Shown: positions 1 through 9,397, counted from the stretch's first letter. The stretch is DNA of 55,158 nucleotides from Atribacterota bacterium (GCA_028696495.1 JAQVGY010000002.1:1-55158), one strand, 5' to 3'. Made by a program: numbers and translations. Notes: generated by a model from the sequence alone, not told the origin.

Positions 1-1
1 G

Positions 2-1264
2 GGCCTTAGTGAAAACGAAATAAAGTTTGTTATCGATGAATATGTAAAAGGAAATATTCCTGATTATCAGATGTCTGCATTTCTTATGGCTGTCTGGTTT
101 ATAGGAATGAGTTACCAGGAGATTAACTACCTGACTATAACTATGGCTCATTCTGGTGAAATGCTTGACTTAAGCTCTATACCTGGAATTAAGGTTGACA
201 AGCACAGTACTGGTGGGGTAGGAGATAAGACCACACTTGCCCTTATACCGATGGTAGCTGCTGCCGGTGTCCCGGTCCCAAAAATATCTGGACGTGCCCT
301 GGGCCACACCGGCGGGACTATCGACAAACTGGAATCAATCAACAATTTTAAAACTGATATTCCTATTGGAAAATTTATTGAAAATGTAAAAAATATTAAG
401 GCCTCAATTATAAGTGCCAGTGCAAACATCTCTCCTGCAGATAAAAAAATTTATGCCTTGAGAGATGTTACTGGCACCACTGATTCTATACCGCTGATTG
501 CAAGTAGTATTATGAGTAAAAAAATTGCCGGTGGTGCAGATGCCTTTGTGTTAAATGTTACTGTTGGAGAGGGAGCCTTTTTAAAAAATATTTCAGATGC
601 CACTTCTTTAGCCGAGATAATGGTAAATGTAGGGCAAAGTAATCACAAAAAAACCTATGCGATAATATCATCAATGGAACAACCATTGGGTTATGCTGTT
701 GGAAATTCTTTAGAAGTTCAGGAAGCTATTGAATTATTAAATAATAGGGGACCATCTGATTTAAGGGAACTATGTTTTTTTCTGGGCTCATATATGTTAG
801 TAGCCGGGGGGATAACAAAAAATCAGAATGAAGGTTTTCTATTATTGGAGGATATTGTGAAGAGCGGGAAAGCTTTAAAAAAATTTACGGAAATAGTAGA
901 GAACCAGAATGGACAGGCAAGTCAAATAACAAATCCTTCTTTACTTCCCAGAACGAGATACCAAAAAGATATATATTCCCACAAAAAAGGATATATAAAA
1001 AAATTAGAAGCAAAGACTATCGGTCAGGCTGCAATGTTATTAGGAGCCGGTAGGAAAAAGAAAGATGAGCATATTGATTTATCAGTAGGGATAGTTTTAA
1101 AAAAGAAGATTGGTGATGAGATCGATACAGGTGAAATCCTTGCCACTGTTTATTATAATGATAATGAGAAATTTAATTTAATCAAAGAGAGTGTCCAAAG
1201 AGCCTTCCATATAGCTGTCACAAAAACAAAGGTAAAACCATTAATATTAAAAGTAATTGGTTGA
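2..1264 (+). CDS. pdp: pyrimidine-nucleoside (thymidine) phosphorylase, 5'-truncated by window edge
   Basis: Frame is open from nt 2 (GLSENEIKFVIDEYVKGNIPDYQ precedes the tracked Met at 71). Family signatures KVDKHSTGGVGDKTT and SGRALGHTGGTIDKLESI are present. Collinear by eye with B. subtilis Pdp. Confidence 0.9.
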   Translation, partial: GLSENEIKFVIDEYVKGNIPDYQMSAFLMAVWFIGMSYQEINYLTITMAHSGEMLDLSSIPGIKVDKHSTGGVGDKTTLALIPMVAAAGVPVPKISGRALGHTGGTIDKLESINNFKTDIPIGKFIENVKNIKASIISASANISPADKKIYALRDVTGTTDSIPLIASSIMSKKIAGGADAFVLNVTVGEGAFLKNISDATSLAEIMVNVGQSNHKKTYAIISSMEQPLGYAVGNSLEVQEAIELLNNRGPSDLRELCFFLGSYMLVAGGITKNQNEGFLLLEDIVKSGKALKKFTEIVENQNGQASQITNPSLLPRTRYQKDIYSHKKGYIKKLEAKTIGQAAMLLGAGRKKKDEHIDLSVGIVLKKKIGDEIDTGEILATVYYNDNEKFNLIKESVQRAFHIAVTKTKVKPLILKVIG

Positions 1265-1369
1265 CTTAATAATTATTTCAATCCTTCAGATGTAAATACA
1301 AATGCTATCCAATACTTTTTTAAAAGATTTCTATATAAACTTTAATTTTATTCAAATGGATAAATTATT

Positions 1370-4015
1370 ATGAGAGTAATTGTTGGCCATACCAGTGCAG
1401 ATTTTGATTGCCTTGCTGCAATGATTGCTGCTAAAAAAATATATGAGGATGCGCTTGTAGCCTTTCCGGGAGCTATCGAAGAGAATGTCCGGAGATTTCT
1501 ATTATTATATGAAAATGCTCTGGGTATCTCTTCTTTAAAGACAATTGATTTAGAAGAAATAACAGAATTAATTATTGTAGACACCAGGCAAAAAGACAGA
1601 ATAGGCCAGTTTGAATCAATTTTAAATAAAGAAAATCTATCTGTAGTAATATATGATCACCATCCTGCCACTGATAATGATATTGTTTCAGATAAGGTTA
1701 AAATTGAAAAAGTCGGGGCAACCACAACCATATTACTAAAAGATATTATTAAAAAGAATATTTCCATTACTCCTTTGGAATCAACTCTGTTTGCCCTTGG
1801 TATTTATGAGGATACCGGCTCTCTCTCTTTTCCAACAACAACCAAAGATGATATCGATGTTTTGAGTTATCTTTTTTCTGTTGGAGTAGATTTAAGGACA
1901 GTAAACAAATTCACTAATATTGGATTAAATATTAAGCAAAAATCATTGTTAAATCAGCTTATCTCTAACTCTAAGGAACTATATTTTAAAGGCATTAATG
2001 TGGTATTTGCCAGTTCGAGTGCTAAAGAATACATCGATGGTCTGGCTTTGATAACACACAGATTGGTTGAAATTTTAAACAGTGATATTATTTTTGTGCT
2101 GGTAAATATGAGAAATAAGATATATGTCGTAGCAAGGAGTAACCGTAATTCAGCCAATGTTGGTGAAGTACTAAAAGTATTAGGAGGTGGAGGGCATTCT
2201 CAGGCAGCATCTGCGGTGGTAAGGAATTTATCTTTATTGGAGACTGAAAATAAAATAAAACATGAGTTAGAAAAAAATATTCAATTAGAAACACTGGCTA
2301 AAGATATTATGACCACTCCTGTTAAAACCTTAGATATAAATACTACCATTGAAGAGGCTAACAAAATAATGCTTCGTTATGGCCATAATGGATTTCCAGT
2401 AACAAGTGATGGGAAACTGGTTGGCATAATCACCAGACAGGAGATTTATAAAGCAAAACACCATCATTATGAGAATGAAACAGTGGATGTCTATATGTCT
2501 GAAAGTATTATCAGTGTTAATCCTGAAACCCCTATCTTAGAAATACAGGAATTGATGATTAAATATGATGTGGGAAGAGTTTTGGTTTTAAGTGATAATG
2601 GAAATGGAAAATTAGAAGGAATTGTTACCAGAACCGATCTGATACGGAGTTTGCATGGTGAAGAAGCACTTAGGAAAGAATCATACTCTCTATTTGAAAA
2701 AGGCAGGGAATATTACCAATATAGCAGAGAAAAAATAAAATTTTTGATATATCAATACTTTGACAAAGAGATATTATCGGCTTTACTTCAAATCGGTAAA
2801 ATTGGGGATCGATTTGGCTATTCAGTTTTCATGGTTGGAGGTATCGTCAGAGATTTATTTTTAGGTATTCCAAACCTGGACCTTGATATTGTAGTTGAAG
2901 AGGATGCTATAAAGTTTGCTCATTTTTTCTGTCAACAGGAAAACGGAAAAATAAAAACTCATCAAAAATTTAAGACAGCTGTAGTTGTATTGCCCAATGG
3001 AATAAAAATTGATTTTGCCTCAGCTAGAAGAGAGTTCTATGAATTTCCGGCAGCTTTGCCTGAAGTTGAATTTGCCTCAATTAAAAAAGATCTGTATCGC
3101 AGAGATTTCACTATTAATGCTATGGCAATTCAGCTTAATCAGGAGAAATTTGGCAAATTATTGGATTTTTATGGCGGTCAGAGAGATTTAGAACAAAAAA
3201 GAATAAGAATACTTTACAGTCTCAGTTTTACAGAAGATCCAGCCCGCATTATAAGAGCTGTCAGATTTGAAAAGAGATACAATTTTACTATTGAGAATTC
3301 TACTAAAAAATTATTAAAAAAAGCTGTTAGAGAAGGGTTGATTTCACGGATAAGAAAAAAGAGACTCAGTGAAGAATTCTTAATTATCTTACAGGAGAAA
3401 GACCCGGTAAAAATATTAAAGAGGATGGATGAATTAGGGATTCTTACCGGAATAATCCCCAATTTATCACTGTCACCAATTTTAATTAACCGATTTATTG
3501 AAGTTGAAGAATTTATTAAGCACTGGTATCAAAAATATCCTCAAGAAAATATCAATAAAAGCATCTTATATCTTTTTTATTTGCTGCAATTTTCTCAGCT
3601 GAATATCCGGGATTTAAACAAAAAAATTGAATTAAGCAAATATATTAATACTGTACTTGGATGTATAAAAGATTGCAAAGAGGATACTATCAATTTTTTA
3701 AGACAAGAGTTTTTACCCCCCAGCAGTATATATTATCACTTACATGATAAACCAAATGAACTTTTAATGATAATATTGTTAGAAAAATGTAAAGATACTC
3801 TTGTTAGTAAAAGGATTGAAAAATATTTAACAGACTATAAAAAGATGATTATTTGTTTATCAGGAAAAGATTTAACAGATTTAGGAATGAAGCCAGGGCC
3901 TATTTATGCTAAAATATTGAAGTTAATATTCTATTTACAGATGAACGGAATATTAGATAATCGGACCAAGCAGCTGGCTTTCCTAAAACGACTTTTAGTA
4001 AAAGGAATTATTTGA
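1370..4015 (+). CDS. multidomain DHH-DHHA1 phosphoesterase / CBS pair / class-II tRNA nucleotidyltransferase (CCA- or A-adding, poly(A) polymerase family)
   Basis: DHH motifs DFDCLAAM and VVIYDHHPA; DHHA1 motif GGGGHSQAAS. Two CBS repeats (MTTPVKTL..GIITRQEI and MSESIISV..GIVTRTDL). Nucleotidyltransferase motifs GGIVRDLFLG, DLDIVV, RRDFTINAMA and EDPARIIRAVRF. Confidence 0.85.
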   Translation: MRVIVGHTSADFDCLAAMIAAKKIYEDALVAFPGAIEENVRRFLLLYENALGISSLKTIDLEEITELIIVDTRQKDRIGQFESILNKENLSVVIYDHHPATDNDIVSDKVKIEKVGATTTILLKDIIKKNISITPLESTLFALGIYEDTGSLSFPTTTKDDIDVLSYLFSVGVDLRTVNKFTNIGLNIKQKSLLNQLISNSKELYFKGINVVFASSSAKEYIDGLALITHRLVEILNSDIIFVLVNMRNKIYVVARSNRNSANVGEVLKVLGGGGHSQAASAVVRNLSLLETENKIKHELEKNIQLETLAKDIMTTPVKTLDINTTIEEANKIMLRYGHNGFPVTSDGKLVGIITRQEIYKAKHHHYENETVDVYMSESIISVNPETPILEIQELMIKYDVGRVLVLSDNGNGKLEGIVTRTDLIRSLHGEEALRKESYSLFEKGREYYQYSREKIKFLIYQYFDKEILSALLQIGKIGDRFGYSVFMVGGIVRDLFLGIPNLDLDIVVEEDAIKFAHFFCQQENGKIKTHQKFKTAVVVLPNGIKIDFASARREFYEFPAALPEVEFASIKKDLYRRDFTINAMAIQLNQEKFGKLLDFYGGQRDLEQKRIRILYSLSFTEDPARIIRAVRFEKRYNFTIENSTKKLLKKAVREGLISRIRKKRLSEEFLIILQEKDPVKILKRMDELGILTGIIPNLSLSPILINRFIEVEEFIKHWYQKYPQENINKSILYLFYLLQFSQLNIRDLNKKIELSKYINTVLGCIKDCKEDTINFLRQEFLPPSSIYYHLHDKPNELLMIILLEKCKDTLVSKRIEKYLTDYKKMIICLSGKDLTDLGMKPGPIYAKILKLIFYLQMNGILDNRTKQLAFLKRLLVKGII

Positions 4016-4019
4016 TTTC

Positions 4020-4655
4020 ATGTTAGATAACATTTTTGGAATTATATGGAGCATACCGGCTATATTGATTGCAATTACAGTTCATGAATATGCGCATGGA
4101 CTTGTTGCCTATTACCATGGTGACCCTACGGCAAAACTTGCAGGGCGATTAACATTGAACCCTGTTGCACACCTCGACCCGGTTGGAACTCTTATGCTAT
4201 TGTTATTTCGCATTGGCTGGGCAAAACCTGTCCCTGTTAACTACAATAATCTAAAAAACCCAAAGATAGATATGATTAAAGTATCTCTGGCAGGACCTGT
4301 GTCCAATATGATAGCTGCCTTCCTGTTTTCCCTTTTTTTAAGAGCAAATAATTTTCTTTTTCAGAATATAATATTTAATTCTTATTTCTATTTTAGATTA
4401 GCACAGGGATGGTTTACCCTGTTGCATACTGGAATATTTATCAATATTGCCTTAGCATTTTTTAATTTAATTCCAATCCCTCCCTTAGATGGACACCACA
4501 TTCTTTTGGGTATATTGCCAGAACATCTGGCAAGACAATATGATAAAATTAACCAGACTTATGGTATGCTTATCATATTATTTCTATTCGTATCGGGTAT
4601 TATTGGAAAAATTATTCTACCAATTGTAGATTTTTTCTATAAAATATTTTTGTAA
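4020..4655 (+). CDS. site-2 protease family (M50) membrane zinc metalloprotease, short form
   Basis: HEYAHG (HExxH) lies in the first hydrophobic helix. Second family motif NLIPIPPLDGHH is present. Multiple hydrophobic segments. Confidence 0.8.
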   Translation: MLDNIFGIIWSIPAILIAITVHEYAHGLVAYYHGDPTAKLAGRLTLNPVAHLDPVGTLMLLLFRIGWAKPVPVNYNNLKNPKIDMIKVSLAGPVSNMIAAFLFSLFLRANNFLFQNIIFNSYFYFRLAQGWFTLLHTGIFINIALAFFNLIPIPPLDGHHILLGILPEHLARQYDKINQTYGMLIILFLFVSGIIGKIILPIVDFFYKIFL

Positions 4656-4709
4656 ATATAGAATTACTTTACTATAACTATAATAACATTAAGGAGGAGA
4701 AAGACTTAC

Positions 4710-5699
4710 ATGAAAGGAATTATTTTTAGCGGGATGAGGCCTACCGGTAAACTGCATTTAGGAAATTATTTTGGTGCTTTATCCAATTGGATAAGACTTC
4801 AAGATGAATATAAATGTTATTATGGTGTAGTGGATTGGCATGCACTTACTACAGGATATGACTGTACAGAGATGATGAAAGAAAACACAATTGAAATGGT
4901 AATTGATTGGCTAAGTGCGGGAATTGACCCGAATAAGAGCACTTTATTGATTCAGTCCTATATTCCTGAACTTGCCGAACTGCACCTGTTATTATCGATG
5001 ATAACCCCTCTTTCCTGGCTGGAAAGAAATCCAGTAGTAAAAGAACAGGTAAGGGACCTGGATTTGAAAGAAAACATGGGATATGGATTACTCGGTTACC
5101 CGGTTCTAATGGCGGCAGATATATTAATTTATAAAACAAATACTGTCCCTGTTGGTGAAGACCAGGCTCCCCATATTGAATTGGCTCGAGAAATCGGTAG
5201 AAGATTTAATCACCTCTACCAGGATGTTTTCACTATTCCCGAGATAAAGCTTTCTCCAACTCCCAAAATATTAGGAACAGATGGTCGAAAAATGAGTAAA
5301 AGCTTAAATAATTATATTAGCTTATCTGACCAGCCAGAAGTTATCAGGACAAAGATAATGTCTATGATAACTGATCCGGAGAAGATTAAATTGTCTGACC
5401 CGGGGCATCCAGAAATCTGTACAGTATTTGACTATCACAAAAAATTTAATATAAGTGAGGTTTCAGATATTGAAAGAAGATGCAGTAATGCTCAGTTAGG
5501 ATGTGTTGCATGTAAGGAGCGATTATCTGAAATATTAATAGAGTTTTTTCAGGGATTTAGAGAGAGAAGAGAGGGCTATGAAAAAAACAAAGATATGGTA
5601 TGGGACATACTGAAGAGTGGCAGCCAGGAAGCGAGGGAAGTTGCTAAAATAACTTTGCATGAAGTAAAAAAAGCTATGAAAATTGATTATGCGAGATAA
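4710..5699 (+). CDS. trpS: tryptophan--tRNA ligase
   Basis: Class-I synthetase motifs GMRPTGKLHLGNYFG (HIGH-type) and GRKMSKSLNN (KMSKS). 329 aa. AGGAGG Shine-Dalgarno upstream. Confidence 0.95.
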   Translation: MKGIIFSGMRPTGKLHLGNYFGALSNWIRLQDEYKCYYGVVDWHALTTGYDCTEMMKENTIEMVIDWLSAGIDPNKSTLLIQSYIPELAELHLLLSMITPLSWLERNPVVKEQVRDLDLKENMGYGLLGYPVLMAADILIYKTNTVPVGEDQAPHIELAREIGRRFNHLYQDVFTIPEIKLSPTPKILGTDGRKMSKSLNNYISLSDQPEVIRTKIMSMITDPEKIKLSDPGHPEICTVFDYHKKFNISEVSDIERRCSNAQLGCVACKERLSEILIEFFQGFRERREGYEKNKDMVWDILKSGSQEAREVAKITLHEVKKAMKIDYAR

Positions 5700-6459
5700 T
5701 AATAATTTAGCAATATCTAAAATAGAACAGATGTCGAATTCTATACAGCTCCTCTATTTACAAGCTAAAAATGGAGAAGTAGAGATTAGTAAAATTTCTC
5801 TGTTAAAAATTATCGAGGATTATTTAGCATATCTGCTAATAACTCATTCTGCATCTGTAAATTTAGAGATAGTTGCTAATTTCTTGCTCGTAGTATCTGA
5901 ATTGATTTTGTGGAAATCAAATCAATTGCTACCCCCCTCCCAAAATAAGATTGATGAAGAGATTGAAATTGAAGATGATATCAGCTCCCATAAAGAAGCT
6001 TACTGGATCGAGTATAAAAAGTATCAATCATTAGTTAAAGTGCTTCTTGAAAAAGAATTGCAGCAAAGAGAAATATTTTTAACCTGCCCTCTCTCTGATA
6101 GCGGGTTTGAAGGAATACCTCAAATATATGATTATTCAGAACTAATTTTAGCCCTTGAATCAGTTCTAATTAAAAAAAATGACCAGGATGTAATTGATTT
6201 TAAGGATTATGAACTAAATATTGAAAAAAAAATGAGAGAAATCGAAGAAATATTTTTTAAAAAAGAAGATAAGCTAACTTTTAGTCAAATTATTTCTGAT
6301 AATTGTCCAAAAATTGAAATCATAATCACCTTCTTGTCTTTGTTACAATTAATCTGTCAGGGGAAGGTTGATTATCTTCAAACTCAAAATTTTGGCGAAA
6401 TAGTTTTTTATAGGAAGGAAAATAGAAAATTAAAGAAACAGGATATTCAACAGCTTTAA
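5683..6459 (+). CDS. scpA: segregation and condensation protein A (kleisin)
   Basis: About 258 aa with an acidic central linker and a C-terminal winged-helix-like ITFLSLLQLICQGKV..FGEIVF. Sits directly upstream of scpB and overlaps trpS by 17 nt. Confidence 0.75.
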   Translation: MIMRDNNNLAISKIEQMSNSIQLLYLQAKNGEVEISKISLLKIIEDYLAYLLITHSASVNLEIVANFLLVVSELILWKSNQLLPPSQNKIDEEIEIEDDISSHKEAYWIEYKKYQSLVKVLLEKELQQREIFLTCPLSDSGFEGIPQIYDYSELILALESVLIKKNDQDVIDFKDYELNIEKKMREIEEIFFKKEDKLTFSQIISDNCPKIEIIITFLSLLQLICQGKVDYLQTQNFGEIVFYRKENRKLKKQDIQQL

Positions 6460-6992
6460 ATAATTGGGAAACAATTATAGAGGTTCTATTATTTGTTTCC
6501 AGTAAACCCCTATCAATAAAAAAAATTGTTAATATTACCGGAAAAAAAACTGATGAGGTTAGAAAAATAATAGATAGTTTGCAAGAAGATTATAAAATAA
6601 ATAATCGACCCTTCTTTATCCAAGAAATTTCCGGCGGTTTTTCATTTGCTACCAGACCGGAGTATTCCACCTGGGTAAACAAATTGTATAATAGTGACAA
6701 GAAGATATCTTTATCCATGCCTTCTGTTGAAACATTAGCCATTATTGCCTATAACCAGCCTATAACCCGGCTGGAAATCGAAACAATCAGGGGTGTTGAT
6801 AGCAGCAGTGTCTTGACAAGCCTTTTAAAAAATGGCTTTATTAGAATTAGGGGTAGAAAAAAAACACCTGGCAACCCTTTTTTATATAGAGTCACCGAAA
6901 AATTTTTGCTGCACTTTGGCCTTAAAAGTGTTTCAGATTTACCGCCCTTAGAGGAATTGGAAATAGAAGATGGGAAAAATGAGGCTACATAA
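6429..6992 (+). CDS. scpB: segregation and condensation protein B (start uncertain; first canonical start is TTG 6579)
   Basis: The tracked ORF (6579..6992) has the second ScpB winged helix (LSMPSVETLAIIAYNQPITRLEIETIRGVDS). The same frame is open back to TAG 6423-6425 and encodes the first winged helix (WETIIEVLLFVSSKPLSIKKIVNITGKKTDEVRKIIDSL). No in-frame ATG/GTG/TTG occurs in 6426-6578. ATT 6429 would give a typical 187-aa ScpB. Confidence 0.7.
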   Translation: MKETGYSTALNNWETIIEVLLFVSSKPLSIKKIVNITGKKTDEVRKIIDSLQEDYKINNRPFFIQEISGGFSFATRPEYSTWVNKLYNSDKKISLSMPSVETLAIIAYNQPITRLEIETIRGVDSSSVLTSLLKNGFIRIRGRKKTPGNPFLYRVTEKFLLHFGLKSVSDLPPLEELEIEDGKNEAT

Positions 6993-8421
6993 ATTTCTGG
7001 CACAAATGGGAGTCGATTCTCGAAGAAAATGCGAAAAATTGATCACAGATGGAAGAGTAAAAGTAAATGGTATTATTGTAACAAAATTAGGCAGTGAAGT
7101 TGATGTAGATAAAGATAGGATAGAGGTAGACGAACAGGTAGTTTCCAAAAATATCCCTAAAATTTACGTCATATTGAATAAACCAAAAGGATTTTTATGC
7201 ACACACCATGACCCTTTTGGCAGACCTACCATCTATGATTTATTAAAGAAAATAAGATACAAATTGAATTATGCAGGAAGATTAGATTTAGAATCTGAAG
7301 GTTTGGTCTTTTTAACTAATGATGGAGAGTTAATTAACCATATCAGCCATCCCAAAAAAGAGATTAATAAAGTATATATTGTTAAAGTAAAAGGGCAGGT
7401 TAGTGATAATAATTTGAAGCAATTAAAAAAAGGTATACCAATAACTCCGTTTTTTACCACCAATCCCTGTCAGGTAATATTATTAAAAAAGTATAGAAAT
7501 AACTCTCTTTTAAAAATTATCATTAGTGAAGGCAAGAAAAGGCAAATAAGAAAGATGTTTGCCTATCTCGGGTTTCAAATATTAGAATTAAAACGAACCG
7601 AGATTGGCATTTTAAAAATAGATGATTTAAAGCCCGGACAATATCGTTTTTTAAAGGAAAAGGAAGTTAAAGAACTAAATAATTTTTTAGAAAATAAGCA
7701 AGACAAGAAAGGTAATATTGTTTTGAGTAATAAAGAAACGGGATTAATTATTACCATTGATGGACCAGCGGCAGCAGGAAAGAGCACGATTGCGCGAGAA
7801 CTTGCCCTTAAATTAGGTTTTAATTATATTAACACCGGTGATTTGTATCGTTATGTTACCTATCGAGCTATGGCAGAAAAACTTGATGTAAATAAGGCAC
7901 AAGAAATGAATAACTTATCTCGAAAAATTGTAAATAAATACATCAATGAAACCAGTTATCATGACTTTGTTTCCCACCTGCAGTCAATCACTGAAAAGAT
8001 ACACAGTCCAGAAATAAATGAAAAAGTATCCTTTGTTGCCAGACACCCTTCAGTTCGAAAAAACTTAATACCACTTCAACGAATACTAATTCAAGATGGT
8101 TCAGTGGTTGTGGAGGGAAGAGATATTGGTACCGTAGTTGCACCTTATGCGGATCTAAAATTTTTTCTTACTGCCGACCAGTATACCCGGGCTATGAGGA
8201 GATTTAAAGAGCTCCGGGATAAAGGATATGATATTAGCTTCCAGGAGATTGAAAAAGAAATATCTTCTCGGGACCATATCGACAGTAGAAGAAAAGCAGC
8301 TCCCCTGGTTAAATCTGAAGATGCTATTCTTATCAATACTTCCAATAAGAACATAAGCCAGGTAATTGAAGAAATGTTAAAAATCATTAAAAAGTTTTAT
8401 GGGAAAAATAAATGGAAATAA
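6970..8421 (+). CDS. rluB-cmk: single ORF fusing pseudouridine synthase RluB (S4 + RsuA/RluB catalytic domain) to cytidylate kinase
   Basis: N-terminal half: S4 domain MRLHKFLAQMGVDSRRKCEKLITDGRVKVNG and catalytic GRLDLESEGLVFLTNDG. C-terminal half: Cmk P-loop IITIDGPAAAGKSTIARELA plus YINTGDLYRY and VVEGRDIGTVV. There is no stop codon between the halves. The likely true start is ATG 6979 (MRLHKF). Confidence 0.85.
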   Translation: MGKMRLHKFLAQMGVDSRRKCEKLITDGRVKVNGIIVTKLGSEVDVDKDRIEVDEQVVSKNIPKIYVILNKPKGFLCTHHDPFGRPTIYDLLKKIRYKLNYAGRLDLESEGLVFLTNDGELINHISHPKKEINKVYIVKVKGQVSDNNLKQLKKGIPITPFFTTNPCQVILLKKYRNNSLLKIIISEGKKRQIRKMFAYLGFQILELKRTEIGILKIDDLKPGQYRFLKEKEVKELNNFLENKQDKKGNIVLSNKETGLIITIDGPAAAGKSTIARELALKLGFNYINTGDLYRYVTYRAMAEKLDVNKAQEMNNLSRKIVNKYINETSYHDFVSHLQSITEKIHSPEINEKVSFVARHPSVRKNLIPLQRILIQDGSVVVEGRDIGTVVAPYADLKFFLTADQYTRAMRRFKELRDKGYDISFQEIEKEISSRDHIDSRRKAAPLVKSEDAILINTSNKNISQVIEEMLKIIKKFYGKNKWK

Positions 8422-9263
8422 TAAAAGCCCGGGAAATGGGATTTTGTTTTGGTGTGAGAAGGGCTATAAGAAGGGCAGAACATATAATTAGTATTATTCC
8501 CGGCAGTGATATCTATATGTTAGGGGAAATAATTCATAACCCTCAGGTAATGAAGAAATTTAAAGAAAAGGGTATTACCATTGTTCAGGAAATCGATAAA
8601 GTTCCTGCACATAAATATCTCATTACCAGAGCTCATGGTGTTTCTAAAAATGAAAAAGATTATGCAAAAAAACATAATATTAGATTAATTGATACCACAT
8701 GCCCTTATGTAAAAAAATTACATCAAATTGCTCTTTCCTTAAAAAAAGAGGAGTACCAAATTGTTATTTCAGGTGATATTGGACATCCAGAAATAAAGAG
8801 TTTATTAAGTTATATTGACAACCAGGCCCTGGTAGTTCAATCTGCCAAAGAAATAAAAAAACAAAAAAATAAACTTTCTAAAAAGGTCGGTTTACTCTCT
8901 CAGACTACAAAAGATATTGAACAATTCTATCAAATCATTAAAGAGATATTTAAATATTGCCAGGAATTAAGAATATTTAATACCATCTGCAAGGCTACCA
9001 GGTTGCGACAGGAAGCAACTAAAGAATTAGCCAAAATTGTAGATATAATGGTGGTAATTGGCGGACTAAATAGTGCCAATACTAACAGGTTAGCATATTT
9101 AAGCAAAAAAATTGGGGTAGAAACTTATCATATTGAGGATGAAAAACAACTTGATTTAGATTTGTTTAAAGATAAGAAGAGAATCGGTATAACTTCAGGT
9201 GCTTCTACCCCGGACTATATAACCAAAAAAATAATAGCAGAAATTGAAAAATTAAATAAATAG
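8412..9263 (+). CDS. ispH: 4-hydroxy-3-methylbut-2-enyl diphosphate reductase
   Basis: MGFCFGVRRAI, DTTCPYVKK, SQTT and GGLNSANTNRL motifs carrying the three cluster cysteines. 283 aa. Overlaps cmk by 10 nt. Confidence 0.9.
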   Translation: MEIIKAREMGFCFGVRRAIRRAEHIISIIPGSDIYMLGEIIHNPQVMKKFKEKGITIVQEIDKVPAHKYLITRAHGVSKNEKDYAKKHNIRLIDTTCPYVKKLHQIALSLKKEEYQIVISGDIGHPEIKSLLSYIDNQALVVQSAKEIKKQKNKLSKKVGLLSQTTKDIEQFYQIIKEIFKYCQELRIFNTICKATRLRQEATKELAKIVDIMVVIGGLNSANTNRLAYLSKKIGVETYHIEDEKQLDLDLFKDKKRIGITSGASTPDYITKKIIAEIEKLNK

Positions 9264-9397
9264 CACCTGCTATTTCAATTCAATTGCCAGTGTGTTATAA
9301 AAATATCACTATAATCAATATCATTTATGGGAAAAGATATCACTTTTAACAATTGCTAATCAGGATATCATTGAATATATTATATAAATTTTCTAAG

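Noticed and set aside
1369-1382. The identical 14-mer TATGAGAGTAATTG at the start codons of the DHH-CBS-CCA gene (1369-1382) and rsmD (9864-9877).
   Set aside because: Both proteins simply begin MRVI. Similarity does not extend into the upstream regions, so it is a coincidence rather than a shared regulatory element.
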